Assembly: GCA_041664165.1 (NCBI GenBank)
Contig: JBAYLH010000004.1
Span: 11,974-75,973, forward strand
Direction: 5' to 3'
DNA from: Candidatus Buchananbacteria bacterium
GTDB lineage: Bacteria; Patescibacteriota; Patescibacteriia; Buchananbacterales; UBA6539
Length of the DNA: 64,000 nt
Below the pieces are notes generated by a model. That model had not been told where the DNA came from, did no database searches, and was given only the letters and a program-made list of their open reading frames with translations. How positions within the stretch are numbered: the first letter of the stretch is position 1; every line of letters starts with the position of its first letter. The position numbers were made by a program, and so were the translations under genes. Positions 18,888-26,874 of this stretch are shown here, piece by piece.

Positions 18888-18990
18888 TTGATAAGTTAAT
18901 ATAAAGCGATAAAGCAAATAAAGCGATGAGCGAGATAAAGATTTTTATGAGTATAGAATAACAAAAATTTAAGTAAAAATCAACCTGACC

Positions 18991-19019
18991 TTGACAAGCT
19001 CAAATTTTTATGTTAATAT
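18991..19019 (+). promoter_or_regulatory. rnpB promoter
   Basis: TTGACA (18991-18996), 17 nt, extended -10 TG-n-TAATAT (19011-19019), about 6 nt before helix P1. Confidence 0.85.
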
Positions 19020-19048
19020 AAATTTTGTCCAAGTAAGCTAGATGATCG

Positions 19049-19337
19049 CCCCCCACTTTCTATGTTCTATGTGTATGTTCTAAAACTTAATAACGGCAAA
19101 TTGTATTTCGGATATACTAGCGACCTTCAGCGTAGAATTAAAGAGCATACTAACGGTGAATCAACCTTTACAGCGAGTTGCAGGCCATTAAAATTAGTAT
19201 ATTACGAAGCCTATAACTCAAAAGAGGATGCCCAAAAAAGAGAAAAAGTATTAAAACAGTTTAAGGGTAGCTATGGTCATTTGAAAAAACGCATCCAAAA
19301 AAGTATTGATAGAAAATAGAAATTAGAAAGTGGGGGG
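19049..19337 (+). mobile_element. Putative GIY-YIG-encoding insertion element in rnpB helix P3
   Basis: Perfect 14-bp IR CCCCCCACTTTCTA (19049-19062) / TAGAAAGTGGGGGG (19324-19337) enclosing the ORF. Confidence 0.7.
19062..19319 (+). CDS. Small GIY-YIG endonuclease (UPF0213/YhbQ-like)
   Basis: FYVYVL...LYFGYTSDL.RR..EH...LVYYE...A.KRE..LK; catalytic Tyr, Arg, His and Glu positions present. Confidence 0.92.
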   Translation: MFYVYVLKLNNGKLYFGYTSDLQRRIKEHTNGESTFTASCRPLKLVYYEAYNSKEDAQKREKVLKQFKGSYGHLKKRIQKSIDRK

Positions 19338-19821
19338 AGGAAAGTCCGAACACCACTAGCGGTAGCTCCTAACGGGAGCCGAGAGCAACAAAAGAATAGA
19401 AGCGCTTAAGACTTCTGGACTTTTGCCAAGCTTAGGGCAAGTGCAACAGAAAATATACCGCCCCCCACCTTCTGTTCAACATTAGTGATTTAAAATCACT
19501 TAAGTGAGCGAGGCGGTTCCGCCTTACTATATTCATTGATCTAAAAGATGATGACTAGAAGGTGGGGGGTAAGGTTGAAAACGTGGGCCCGCCTTCGCGC
19601 GGGATAATCCGCTTCGCCATCTTGGCTTCGGCGGAAAAAGTAAGAGCCCACGCACGACAGACTGGTGACAGTCGGTGTGGTAAACTCCTGCCTGGTGCAA
19701 TGCCAAATTTGGTCGGCAGCACGAGCCTAATGGCAACATTAGGCCAAGATAGATGATCATCTCCCCCACTTTTTTAAAAAATGGGGGAACAGAATTCGGC
19801 TTACCGGCTTGCTTGGACAAT

Positions 19822-19852
19822 AAAAAATATCTCTTTTGACGAGGTATTTTTT
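19822..19852 (+). terminator. Intrinsic terminator of rnpB
   Basis: AAAAAATATCTC-TTTTGAC-GAGGTATTTTTT. Confidence 0.7.
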
Positions 19853-19864
19853 GTTTGCTAAAAT
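19836..19864 (+). promoter_or_regulatory. Sigma70-type promoter overlapping the rnpB terminator
   Basis: TTGACG, 17 nt, TG-c-TAAAAT. Confidence 0.65.
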
Positions 19865-19870
19865 TAATTT

Positions 19871-20057
19871 GTCCTGGCAGCTGTTACTTCGGTAAGTTAG
19901 AGGTAATAATTGCTGCTGCGATGCAATGCCGCCAGTGAGTAGGCAACCAAGCTGCTTAGTTTTATGCGGTTAGAGCTGAATTTCGGCTCATCAAGGTTGT
20001 CAAAACCAAACTCTGCCTGATTAGGTGAGCTCCAAGCTTCTGGCGGCTCTTTTTTTT
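19871..20057 (+). ncRNA. Candidate orphan structured RNA (~185 nt)
   Basis: Promoter upstream; only very short sense-strand ORFs; multibranch closed by GCCGCCAG/CTGGCGGC followed by a U-tract. Confidence 0.5.
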
Positions 20058-20457
20058 ATTTTAATGCTTCATCAATGGCTTCATTAACCAGCTTATCCGC
20101 CAGTTTATTGTCGGTTCGATAGATATGAGTATATTTGACTTTTTTAAATCCGGTCGCCAAATTCCAGGCTTTGACAAATAAAATCGCCAAGTCGGCATTT
20201 TTTACTTTATATTTTTGGCTTAATTGCTGCTGAACTAATTCGCTGTCCAAAAAGACATCAACTTCGGCAGCCCCTAGTTCTTTGGCTTTTTCCAGTCCCA
20301 AAATTACCGCCTGATATTCCGCCTGGTTATTGGTAGCATGGCCGATAAATTTTTTGTACGTTAAAATCTTGTCGTCGTATTTTAAAACGACGCCAATTCC
20401 CGCCGGGCCAGGATTACCCCGGGCGCCGCCGTCAGTATATAAAATTATTTTAACCAT
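20056..20457 (-). CDS. rnhA: Ribonuclease HI family protein
   Basis: YTDGGARGNPGPAG, TNNQAEY, DSELV, N..AD.L.N motifs; start at ATG 20457. Confidence 0.9.
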   Translation of the reverse strand: MVKIILYTDGGARGNPGPAGIGVVLKYDDKILTYKKFIGHATNNQAEYQAVILGLEKAKELGAAEVDVFLDSELVQQQLSQKYKVKNADLAILFVKAWNLATGFKKVKYTHIYRTDNKLADKLVNEAIDEALK

Positions 20458-21094
20458 ATATTTGCCAAAGGTTAATGCCACTATTGAGGATCATTCTAAC
20501 GGCAAAATAGAATAATATCAAGGCCATAAAGTTATAAACTATTCTCACAATTTTTTGATTAGTTAAAACTTTTTTGAATCGAGAAAAAATATAAACAATA
20601 ATCATAGTAGCCACGAGCCAGCCAAATTCAAAAATAAGTAGAAAAAGCCATTGGCCAAAAAATAAAATTTTATTTGCCTCAAAGGCCAAGGGGACACAAA
20701 TAGTTACCCAAAAAAGCCAAAATGAGCCGTTAAGCAAAGTTAAAATAAAGATTTTTTTAAAAGTAAAAACCCTTGCCCCATTATCAGTAATTGAATTAAT
20801 CTTTGAAACTTGCCAGGCCAGGTAGATTAGAAAAAATCCGCCGAAGAGGGCGGTAAAATAAAAAATCTGTGGCGATGGATTGAGAGAAAAAACTACGGCT
20901 AAAACAACAATCGCTACCATTGATTCGGCGATCAATCCCCAGAAAATTGTTTTGAGGCTTTTAACAAACCCTAATCGCAATGATTCTGAACAGCAAGAGA
21001 TAATTAATGGGCCGGGATTGGCTCCGCCAATTAAACCAAGAACAAAAATACTCAGTATTTCACCTAAAATTTTATTTAGCATATTTAAAGACAT
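20450..21094 (-). CDS. LysE family transporter
   Basis: PGP motif near the N-terminus, six TM helices, LTLLN..FW motif. Confidence 0.8.
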   Translation of the reverse strand: MSLNMLNKILGEILSIFVLGLIGGANPGPLIISCCSESLRLGFVKSLKTIFWGLIAESMVAIVVLAVVFSLNPSPQIFYFTALFGGFFLIYLAWQVSKINSITDNGARVFTFKKIFILTLLNGSFWLFWVTICVPLAFEANKILFFGQWLFLLIFEFGWLVATMIIVYIFSRFKKVLTNQKIVRIVYNFMALILFYFAVRMILNSGINLWQIYG

Positions 21095-21150
21095 AAAGAA
21101 AGTAGGTTGGTAGGACGGTAGGAGGTAGGAAATATTTTGTTCCTACTAAC

Positions 21151-22872
21151 CTACTTCTTGTTAATTCTCAAATCGACAATCTTTAGCTGCAACTCCCGGT
21201 TGCCATTCCATTCATTAACATCCACTTCGAAAATCATATCAACTTTATCCCCCACCTTTAATTTCGCACACCAATCACCAAAACAAAAACCAATGGTTTT
21301 GCGGATTATCGGCGTGGTATGTTTAACCATCAGCCGGAGATGTTTGCCATCCTGGCCCAAAGTCTGCATTTCCGCGACCGTCAGATTTTGCGCCAGAAAC
21401 CGCGGCTTGGGATTGCCTTCACCGTAAGGCGGAAATTTTGCCAATTCCTCAAATAATTCCCAATTAACCTGCTCTAGTTTTATTTCAGCGTCAATCTCTA
21501 AAATCGGCTTAAGATCTTTGCCGGTTAGTTCCGCTTCGGCTAATTTAGTCATGGCCTGGATAAAAAGTTCAAGGCTCGGTTCATCTTTAAGGGTAAAGCC
21601 AGCGGCCTGGCCATGACCGCCATAACGGGTTAAATACTGGTCGCATTTTTGAATCGCTTCGATAATATTAAATTCAGGGATACTTCGACCGGAGCCGATA
21701 ATTTCGCCGTTGTAGCGGCTGATTACCAAACTCGGGCGGTTAAATTCATCGGTAATCCGGCCAGAAACTAAACCGACAATTCCGGTCGGCCAGTCCGTGC
21801 CGACAATGGCCAAAAATTTTTGGTCTTTAACCGAGCCTAAGATTTCCTTGGCCGCCGCCGTAATTTTTTCCGTCAGCTGCTGGCGCTGAGTATTGGTTTG
21901 GTTTAATTCTAAAGCTAATTTTTGAGCTTCCTCTACTTGGTCGGTAATCAAGAGTTGATAGGCCGAACTGGCGTGGTTGAGCCGGCCGGCCGCATTGAGC
22001 CGCGGCGAGATTTGCCAGCCAACCACTCGTTCGTCAATCACGGTCAAGTTATTACTCATTTTTTCAATTAATTTCAAAAGGCCGAGCCGCTTGGTTTTTT
22101 GCAAAACAATTAAACCGTACTTAACTAAAATCCGATTTTCGGCAAGCAACGGCTGCATATCGGCAATGGTGGCAATTGCCACTAAATCCAACAGCCATTT
22201 TTCAAAACCGGTCTCGAGCTGATTGACCTTAAAATCCTTTTGCTTTTTGGTAATCGCCTGGGCTAGTTTAAAAGCCACGCCGCAGCCGCATAAACCCCGG
22301 AAGGGATAGGTTTCTTTTTCAACATTCGGATTGATAATAGCAAATGCCTCGGGTAAAATTTTTGGCTGGTGGTGGTGATCGGTAACAATCACTTCTACCC
22401 CTTTTTGATTTAGCAAGTCGATTTCTGTTTTATTGGAAACACCGCAGTCAACCGTAATCAATAATTTTGTCCCTTTGGCGGCTAATTCGGTTACCGCCTC
22501 AATATTTAAACCATAGCCTTCGGTTTCCCGGTAAGGGATATAAACATCAGGCTTGCCGCCCAAACCCCGTAAAAGCTCAACGAGTAAAGCCGAGGAGCAT
22601 ACCCCGTCAGCGTCGTAATCGCCGTAAACAACGATTTTTTCTTTGTTTTCTATAGCCGTTAAAATCCGATTGACAGCCTTTTCCATCTCAGTAAATAAAA
22701 ACGGATCAGAAAGATTTTTTTCGTATTCCGGGTTTAAAAAATCGTCAATGTTTTGCTGAACATTCAGTCCTCGGTTAAACAGCAGCTGCAAAACAATCGG
22801 ATTAATTTCGGGAAAATGGTTGAAATCCGACTCTGCCAACCCTGGTTTTACTTCCCATTTTTTTTCTAGCAT
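21151..22872 (-). CDS. recJ: ssDNA-specific exonuclease RecJ
   Basis: GDYDADG, TVDCG, TDHH, PRLNAAGR, GSGRS and GGH motifs. Confidence 0.97.
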   Translation of the reverse strand: MLEKKWEVKPGLAESDFNHFPEINPIVLQLLFNRGLNVQQNIDDFLNPEYEKNLSDPFLFTEMEKAVNRILTAIENKEKIVVYGDYDADGVCSSALLVELLRGLGGKPDVYIPYRETEGYGLNIEAVTELAAKGTKLLITVDCGVSNKTEIDLLNQKGVEVIVTDHHHQPKILPEAFAIINPNVEKETYPFRGLCGCGVAFKLAQAITKKQKDFKVNQLETGFEKWLLDLVAIATIADMQPLLAENRILVKYGLIVLQKTKRLGLLKLIEKMSNNLTVIDERVVGWQISPRLNAAGRLNHASSAYQLLITDQVEEAQKLALELNQTNTQRQQLTEKITAAAKEILGSVKDQKFLAIVGTDWPTGIVGLVSGRITDEFNRPSLVISRYNGEIIGSGRSIPEFNIIEAIQKCDQYLTRYGGHGQAAGFTLKDEPSLELFIQAMTKLAEAELTGKDLKPILEIDAEIKLEQVNWELFEELAKFPPYGEGNPKPRFLAQNLTVAEMQTLGQDGKHLRLMVKHTTPIIRKTIGFCFGDWCAKLKVGDKVDMIFEVDVNEWNGNRELQLKIVDLRINKK

Positions 22873-22873
22873 A

Positions 22874-22937
22874 CCCTGTTAGTAACTGGCTTAATGATTA
22901 GGTAAAATTTGGCGCCGTTAGGTTATTTCTAACGGGA
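22874..22937. repeat. CCCGTTAG/CTAACGGG-type palindromic element next to the recJ start
   Basis: CCCTGTTAGTAA ... CCGTTAG-GTTATTT-CTAACGGGA. Confidence 0.6.
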
Positions 22938-23080
22938 CGTAGGAAATTATTTTACCATTTACTTTGGCTTAATTCAAATTTTAGCTGCCAATATTTTTGG
23001 CGATTTTAGCCAAAATTTTGACGGTTTATCCAAAATGAGATAAAGTAAATTAAGCTTTTAGCTCTAATTGATTAAATTAT

Positions 23081-23182
23081 ATGACCAAGGCAAAAAAAAG
23101 ATGGCAAAAAGTGGTCTGGTTTTTCGTGGCAATTGCCACCATTTTTTCAATGGTAATTTGGACAATTGGCATCGGGCTTTGA
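23081..23182 (+). CDS. 33-aa single-TM microprotein (DUF4044/Prli42-like)
   Basis: MTKAKKRWQKVVWFFVAIATIFSMVIWTIGIGL; own promoter TTGACG-17-TAAAGT (23018-23046) and downstream terminator. Confidence 0.65.
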   Translation: MTKAKKRWQKVVWFFVAIATIFSMVIWTIGIGL

Positions 23183-23205
23183 TTTTTTACTCACTGATTA
23201 AAGCT

Positions 23206-23239
23206 AAAAAAATACCCTTGGCTTCAAGGGTATTTTTTT
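23206..23239. terminator. Bidirectional intrinsic terminator
   Basis: AAAAAAATACCCTTG-GCTT-CAAGGGTATTTTTT. Confidence 0.85.
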
Positions 23240-25013
23240 ATCGTTTTAAAACCGCCAAGAAAGCTTCGGGCGGAATATCAACTTTACCCTGTCCCCTGGC
23301 CATCATTTTCTTTTTACCTTTCTTTTGTTTTTCCAAAAGTTTTCTTTTTCGAGTATAATCGCCGCCGTAAAGCTTGGCGGTAACATCTTTGCGCAAAGCC
23401 GACAAATGTTCGGCCGCAATTACCCGGCCGCCGATTGAAGCCTGAATTTTAATCATAAACATCTGGCGGGGCAAAGTTTCCTTCAAAGATTGGACAATTT
23501 TTCGGCCGAGGTAGTAAGCTTCGTCTTCATAAACCAAAGAGCTTAAGGCCTCAACTTTTTCTTCGGCGACTAAAATATCAAGCCGGACAATATCAACCGA
23601 CTCGTAGGCTAAAAAATCATAATTCAAAGAGGCATAGCCGGAGGAAACGCTTTTCAGCTTATCATAAAAATCAACCAGCAAAGCGGTTAAGGGAACATGG
23701 TAGTGCAAAACCGCAATGCTTTCATCCAGGTATTCCGTATTCAAATAAATTCCCCGTTTAGCCGAAACCAGCTGCATGATGCCGCCGAGATACTCTTTGG
23801 GCGAAAAGATGTCAACTAGCATTATCGGTTCCAAAGTCTTTTCAATCATTTCCGGCTTGGGCAGCTCTTGAGGGCTGTGAATCACTATGTCCTTGCCATT
23901 TTTTAGTTTAATTTGATAAGCAACGCTGGGGACAGTAACGACTAGCTCAAGGCCATATTCCCGCCTTAGCCGCTCCTGAACAACTTCCAAATGAAGCAAC
24001 CCCAAAAAACCGCAGCGAAAGCCAAAGCCTAAAGCCGAAGAATTTTCCGGTTCATAAATTAAAGCGGCATCGTTAAGTTTTAATTTTTCGATGGCTTCTC
24101 TTAATCTTGCATATTGGTCGCCTTCCTTGCAGAATAAACCGGCAAAAACCATCGGCTTAACTTCTTTATAACCCGGCAGCGGCAAAACTTGGCTGAGCGC
24201 GGTAGTAATCGTGTCGCCGACTCGGCAATATTGAATCTCTTTTAAGCCGGTAACAATATAGCCGATTTCGCCTGACTGGAGTTTTTCGGTTTTAACGAAT
24301 TTCGGACTGAAATAGCCGACCTCTAAAACTTCCGACGTTTTTTTGGTTGATAAAAAATTGATTTTATCGCCGACTTTGATTTCGCCGTCGACGACTCGGA
24401 CTTCAGCGATAATGCCTCGGTATTCGTCGAATTTTGAATCAAAAATCAAAGCCCGGATCGGTCGATTCAAATTCGGCTGGGGCGGCTTGACTTTAGAAAT
24501 AACCGCCGCCAAAATTTCCGCTACGCCTTGGCCGGTTTTAGCTGAGACTAATAAAATTTCTTCAGCTTGGCAACCGACCAGCTGGCAAATTTCGTGTTTA
24601 GTTTTTTCCACTTCCGCGTTTGGCAAATCGATTTTATTAATCACTGGAATAATGGTTAAATCCTGTTCAAGCGCCAGATAAAGATTGGCAACGGTTTGCG
24701 CCTGGACTCCTTGAGTGGCGTCAACCAAAAGAATCGCCCCTTCGACGGCCGCCAAACTTCTCGATACCTCGTAGCTGAAATCAACGTGACCGGGAGTGTC
24801 AATCAAATTGAGCTCGTAATTTTGCCATTTCATCCGCACCGGCGTCAGTTTAATCGTGATTCCCCTTTCCCGTTCGATATCCATCTGGTCTAAAATCTGT
24901 TCTTTCATTTCCCGCCCCGAAATCGTGCCGGTCAATTCTAAAAAACGGTCCGCCAAAGTGGACTTTCCGTGATCGATATGAGCAATGATGCAAAAATTTC
25001 TAATTTTATCCAT
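23238..25013 (-). CDS. lepA: Elongation factor 4 (LepA); true start ATG 25013
   Basis: MDKIRNFCIIAHIDHGKSTLADR, DTPGHVDF, GFRCGFLGLLH, KLYGGD..RK.KLLEKQK. Confidence 0.97.
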   Translation of the reverse strand: MDKIRNFCIIAHIDHGKSTLADRFLELTGTISGREMKEQILDQMDIERERGITIKLTPVRMKWQNYELNLIDTPGHVDFSYEVSRSLAAVEGAILLVDATQGVQAQTVANLYLALEQDLTIIPVINKIDLPNAEVEKTKHEICQLVGCQAEEILLVSAKTGQGVAEILAAVISKVKPPQPNLNRPIRALIFDSKFDEYRGIIAEVRVVDGEIKVGDKINFLSTKKTSEVLEVGYFSPKFVKTEKLQSGEIGYIVTGLKEIQYCRVGDTITTALSQVLPLPGYKEVKPMVFAGLFCKEGDQYARLREAIEKLKLNDAALIYEPENSSALGFGFRCGFLGLLHLEVVQERLRREYGLELVVTVPSVAYQIKLKNGKDIVIHSPQELPKPEMIEKTLEPIMLVDIFSPKEYLGGIMQLVSAKRGIYLNTEYLDESIAVLHYHVPLTALLVDFYDKLKSVSSGYASLNYDFLAYESVDIVRLDILVAEEKVEALSSLVYEDEAYYLGRKIVQSLKETLPRQMFMIKIQASIGGRVIAAEHLSALRKDVTAKLYGGDYTRKRKLLEKQKKGKKKMMARGQGKVDIPPEAFLAVLKR

Positions 25014-25237
25014 AAATTTAAGTAATGGATTAGTATTCAACCCCGCACCAATTCAAATCATTAGAACCCAACTTTAAAAATAAGTAAGCTACTAGGCGGC
25101 TTCGCACGCAAGAATTAACGGATTTATTTTAAAATCTTTTGCGGAATTTGGTGCGGGGTGAGCAATGATGCAAAAATTTCTAATTTTATCCATAAATTTA
25201 AGTAATGGATTAGTATTCAACCCCGCACCAATTCAAA
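24979..25237. repeat. 79-bp direct repeat of the lepA 5' end/leader (24979-25057, 25159-25237) flanking a CCCCGCACCA/TGGTGCGGGG palindromic element (25040-25159)
   Basis: Identical by eye, offset 180 bp. Confidence 0.93.
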
Positions 25238-25266
25238 CTAGCAGAAGTTTTTAGTGTTTTACTGAT

Positions 25267-26874
25267 TTAGGTCAGCTTGTCTTCTTCGACTATGGCTTCG
25301 GCGATAACCGGCCGCTTCAAAAATTTCTTTTTGAATGAATTAATGAATATTTCCAGTTCTTCGCTTTTAAGCAGCCAGCAGATGAGAAAATAAGCCGCTA
25401 AACCGACGGCGGTGGCGGCAATGGTCTGAGTGGCGACGCCGACAAAAGTCTGCAAACCCATTATTTTTTCAATCGGGTATTTGACGGCCTGAGCCGTGAT
25501 GGCCAGCATAAAGGTCGCCGTCATTATTTTTATCAAAGAAGCCGCAATTTTTTCTCCATCTAGCTTACCTAATCGGTAATGTAAAATCAAGACCAGCAAA
25601 AGCAAGTTTAAAATATTGGCCAAAGAAAAAGCTAAAGCCAGGCCGGAAACGCCGAATGGCTCAATTAACATTAATGACAGGATGATATTAGCGAAGGCCG
25701 CGATCAAACCGACATAAAAAGGCGTTTTACTGTCGCGCTGGGCGTAAAAAGCCCGAACTAAAACTAAAACTAGCGACTGGGCGAATAAGCTGAAAGCGAA
25801 AAGCGAAAGGGTTTCCAAAGTTAAAACCGTATCTTCCCAGTTAAAGCGGCCGGTGCCTAAAACCACTCTGACGATTTGCGCCCGCAAAATAATTAAAAGG
25901 GCTGAAGCCGGCAGTACAAAAAATAAAATCTGCCGGGAAGCCAAAGAAACCGAATCAATAAATTTCTTTTTGTTATTGGCTAATTCGGAAAAAGTCGGAA
26001 AAGCGGCAATGGCAAAAGAAACGCCAAAAAGGCCCAAAGGAAAACTTTGGATATTATTGGCTAAATTAAAAATAGTAATACTGCCGACAGCCAGAGTTGA
26101 ACCGATAATGGTAACGACTAAAAAATTTATTTGGGAAATTATCAAGCCGAAAGTCCGAGGCACCATCATTTTTAAAATTTCCCTCAAGCCTTTATCGGTC
26201 AGATCGAAAATCAGCTTATAACGGTAACCCAAAGAAATAACCATTGGAATTTGGATTAAAAGATGCATTAAAGCGCCCAAAACTACGCCCCAAGCTAAAC
26301 CATAAATTCCCCAGTACTTGGTAAAATACAAAGCTCCAATAATAATGCCGATGTTATAGAAAACCGGGGCAATTGAATAAATAAAAAATTTTTTAAACGA
26401 CTGCAAAACGCTGCCGATTAAGCCGGAGAGACCCAAAAAAATCGGGCTCAAAAACATAATTTGGGTCAGAGTCGTCGTAATTTTCAGTTCGGCCGACCCA
26501 AAACCGGGAGTAATTATTTTGACCAGCCAAGGTGCCAAAACGACAAAAAGACCGGAAATTATAATTAAAGCGACAAACATGACATTCAAACAAATATTGG
26601 TCAGCCGCCAAGCTTTTTCTTTGTTATTCAGGTAGCTGGTAAAAATGGGAATAAACCCGGCCGACAAAGCGCCTAAAACCAGCAGATTAAAAATTAAATC
26701 CGGAATCCGGAATGCCGCGTAATACATATCCAGCTCGGCGCCGGCCCCGAATTCGCCCGCCAAGACGCGGTCTCGCAAAACTCCGAGCAGCCGGGAAACC
26801 AAAGAAGCTGCCCCTAAAATTATGGCAGCCGAAGTGATGGTTTTTGATTGGCTGTTGAATATTTTTTTTAGCAT
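25267..26874 (-). CDS. murJ: Lipid II flippase MurJ
   Basis: SRLLG..RD, AFRIPD, FIPIF, RAFYA..D.KTP motifs. Confidence 0.95.
   Translation of the reverse strand: MLKKIFNSQSKTITSAAIILGAASLVSRLLGVLRDRVLAGEFGAGAELDMYYAAFRIPDLIFNLLVLGALSAGFIPIFTSYLNNKEKAWRLTNICLNVMFVALIIISGLFVVLAPWLVKIITPGFGSAELKITTTLTQIMFLSPIFLGLSGLIGSVLQSFKKFFIYSIAPVFYNIGIIIGALYFTKYWGIYGLAWGVVLGALMHLLIQIPMVISLGYRYKLIFDLTDKGLREILKMMVPRTFGLIISQINFLVVTIIGSTLAVGSITIFNLANNIQSFPLGLFGVSFAIAAFPTFSELANNKKKFIDSVSLASRQILFFVLPASALLIILRAQIVRVVLGTGRFNWEDTVLTLETLSLFAFSLFAQSLVLVLVRAFYAQRDSKTPFYVGLIAAFANIILSLMLIEPFGVSGLALAFSLANILNLLLLVLILHYRLGKLDGEKIAASLIKIMTATFMLAITAQAVKYPIEKIMGLQTFVGVATQTIAATAVGLAAYFLICWLLKSEELEIFINSFKKKFLKRPVIAEAIVEEDKLT

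Larger units (their letters stand above)
19025..19820 (+). ncRNA. rnpB: RNase P RNA (type A) with multiple insertions
   Basis: P1 TTGTCCAAGTAAGC/GCTTGCTTGGACAA; P2 AGATGATC/GATCATCT; conserved GAGGAAAGTCCG (19337), AGTGCAACAGAAA, GTAAGGTTGAAA, GTAAGAGC, GGTAAACTCC and ACAGAATTCGGCTTA. Confidence 0.95.

Noticed and set aside
19049-19337. Group I/II intron interpretation of the GIY-YIG insert
   Set aside because: The ORF fills almost the whole insert; there is no room for, or sign of, a ribozyme core.
19533-19820. ORFs 19533-19820 (-) and 19562-19756 (+)
   Set aside because: Shadow ORFs of the RNase P RNA.
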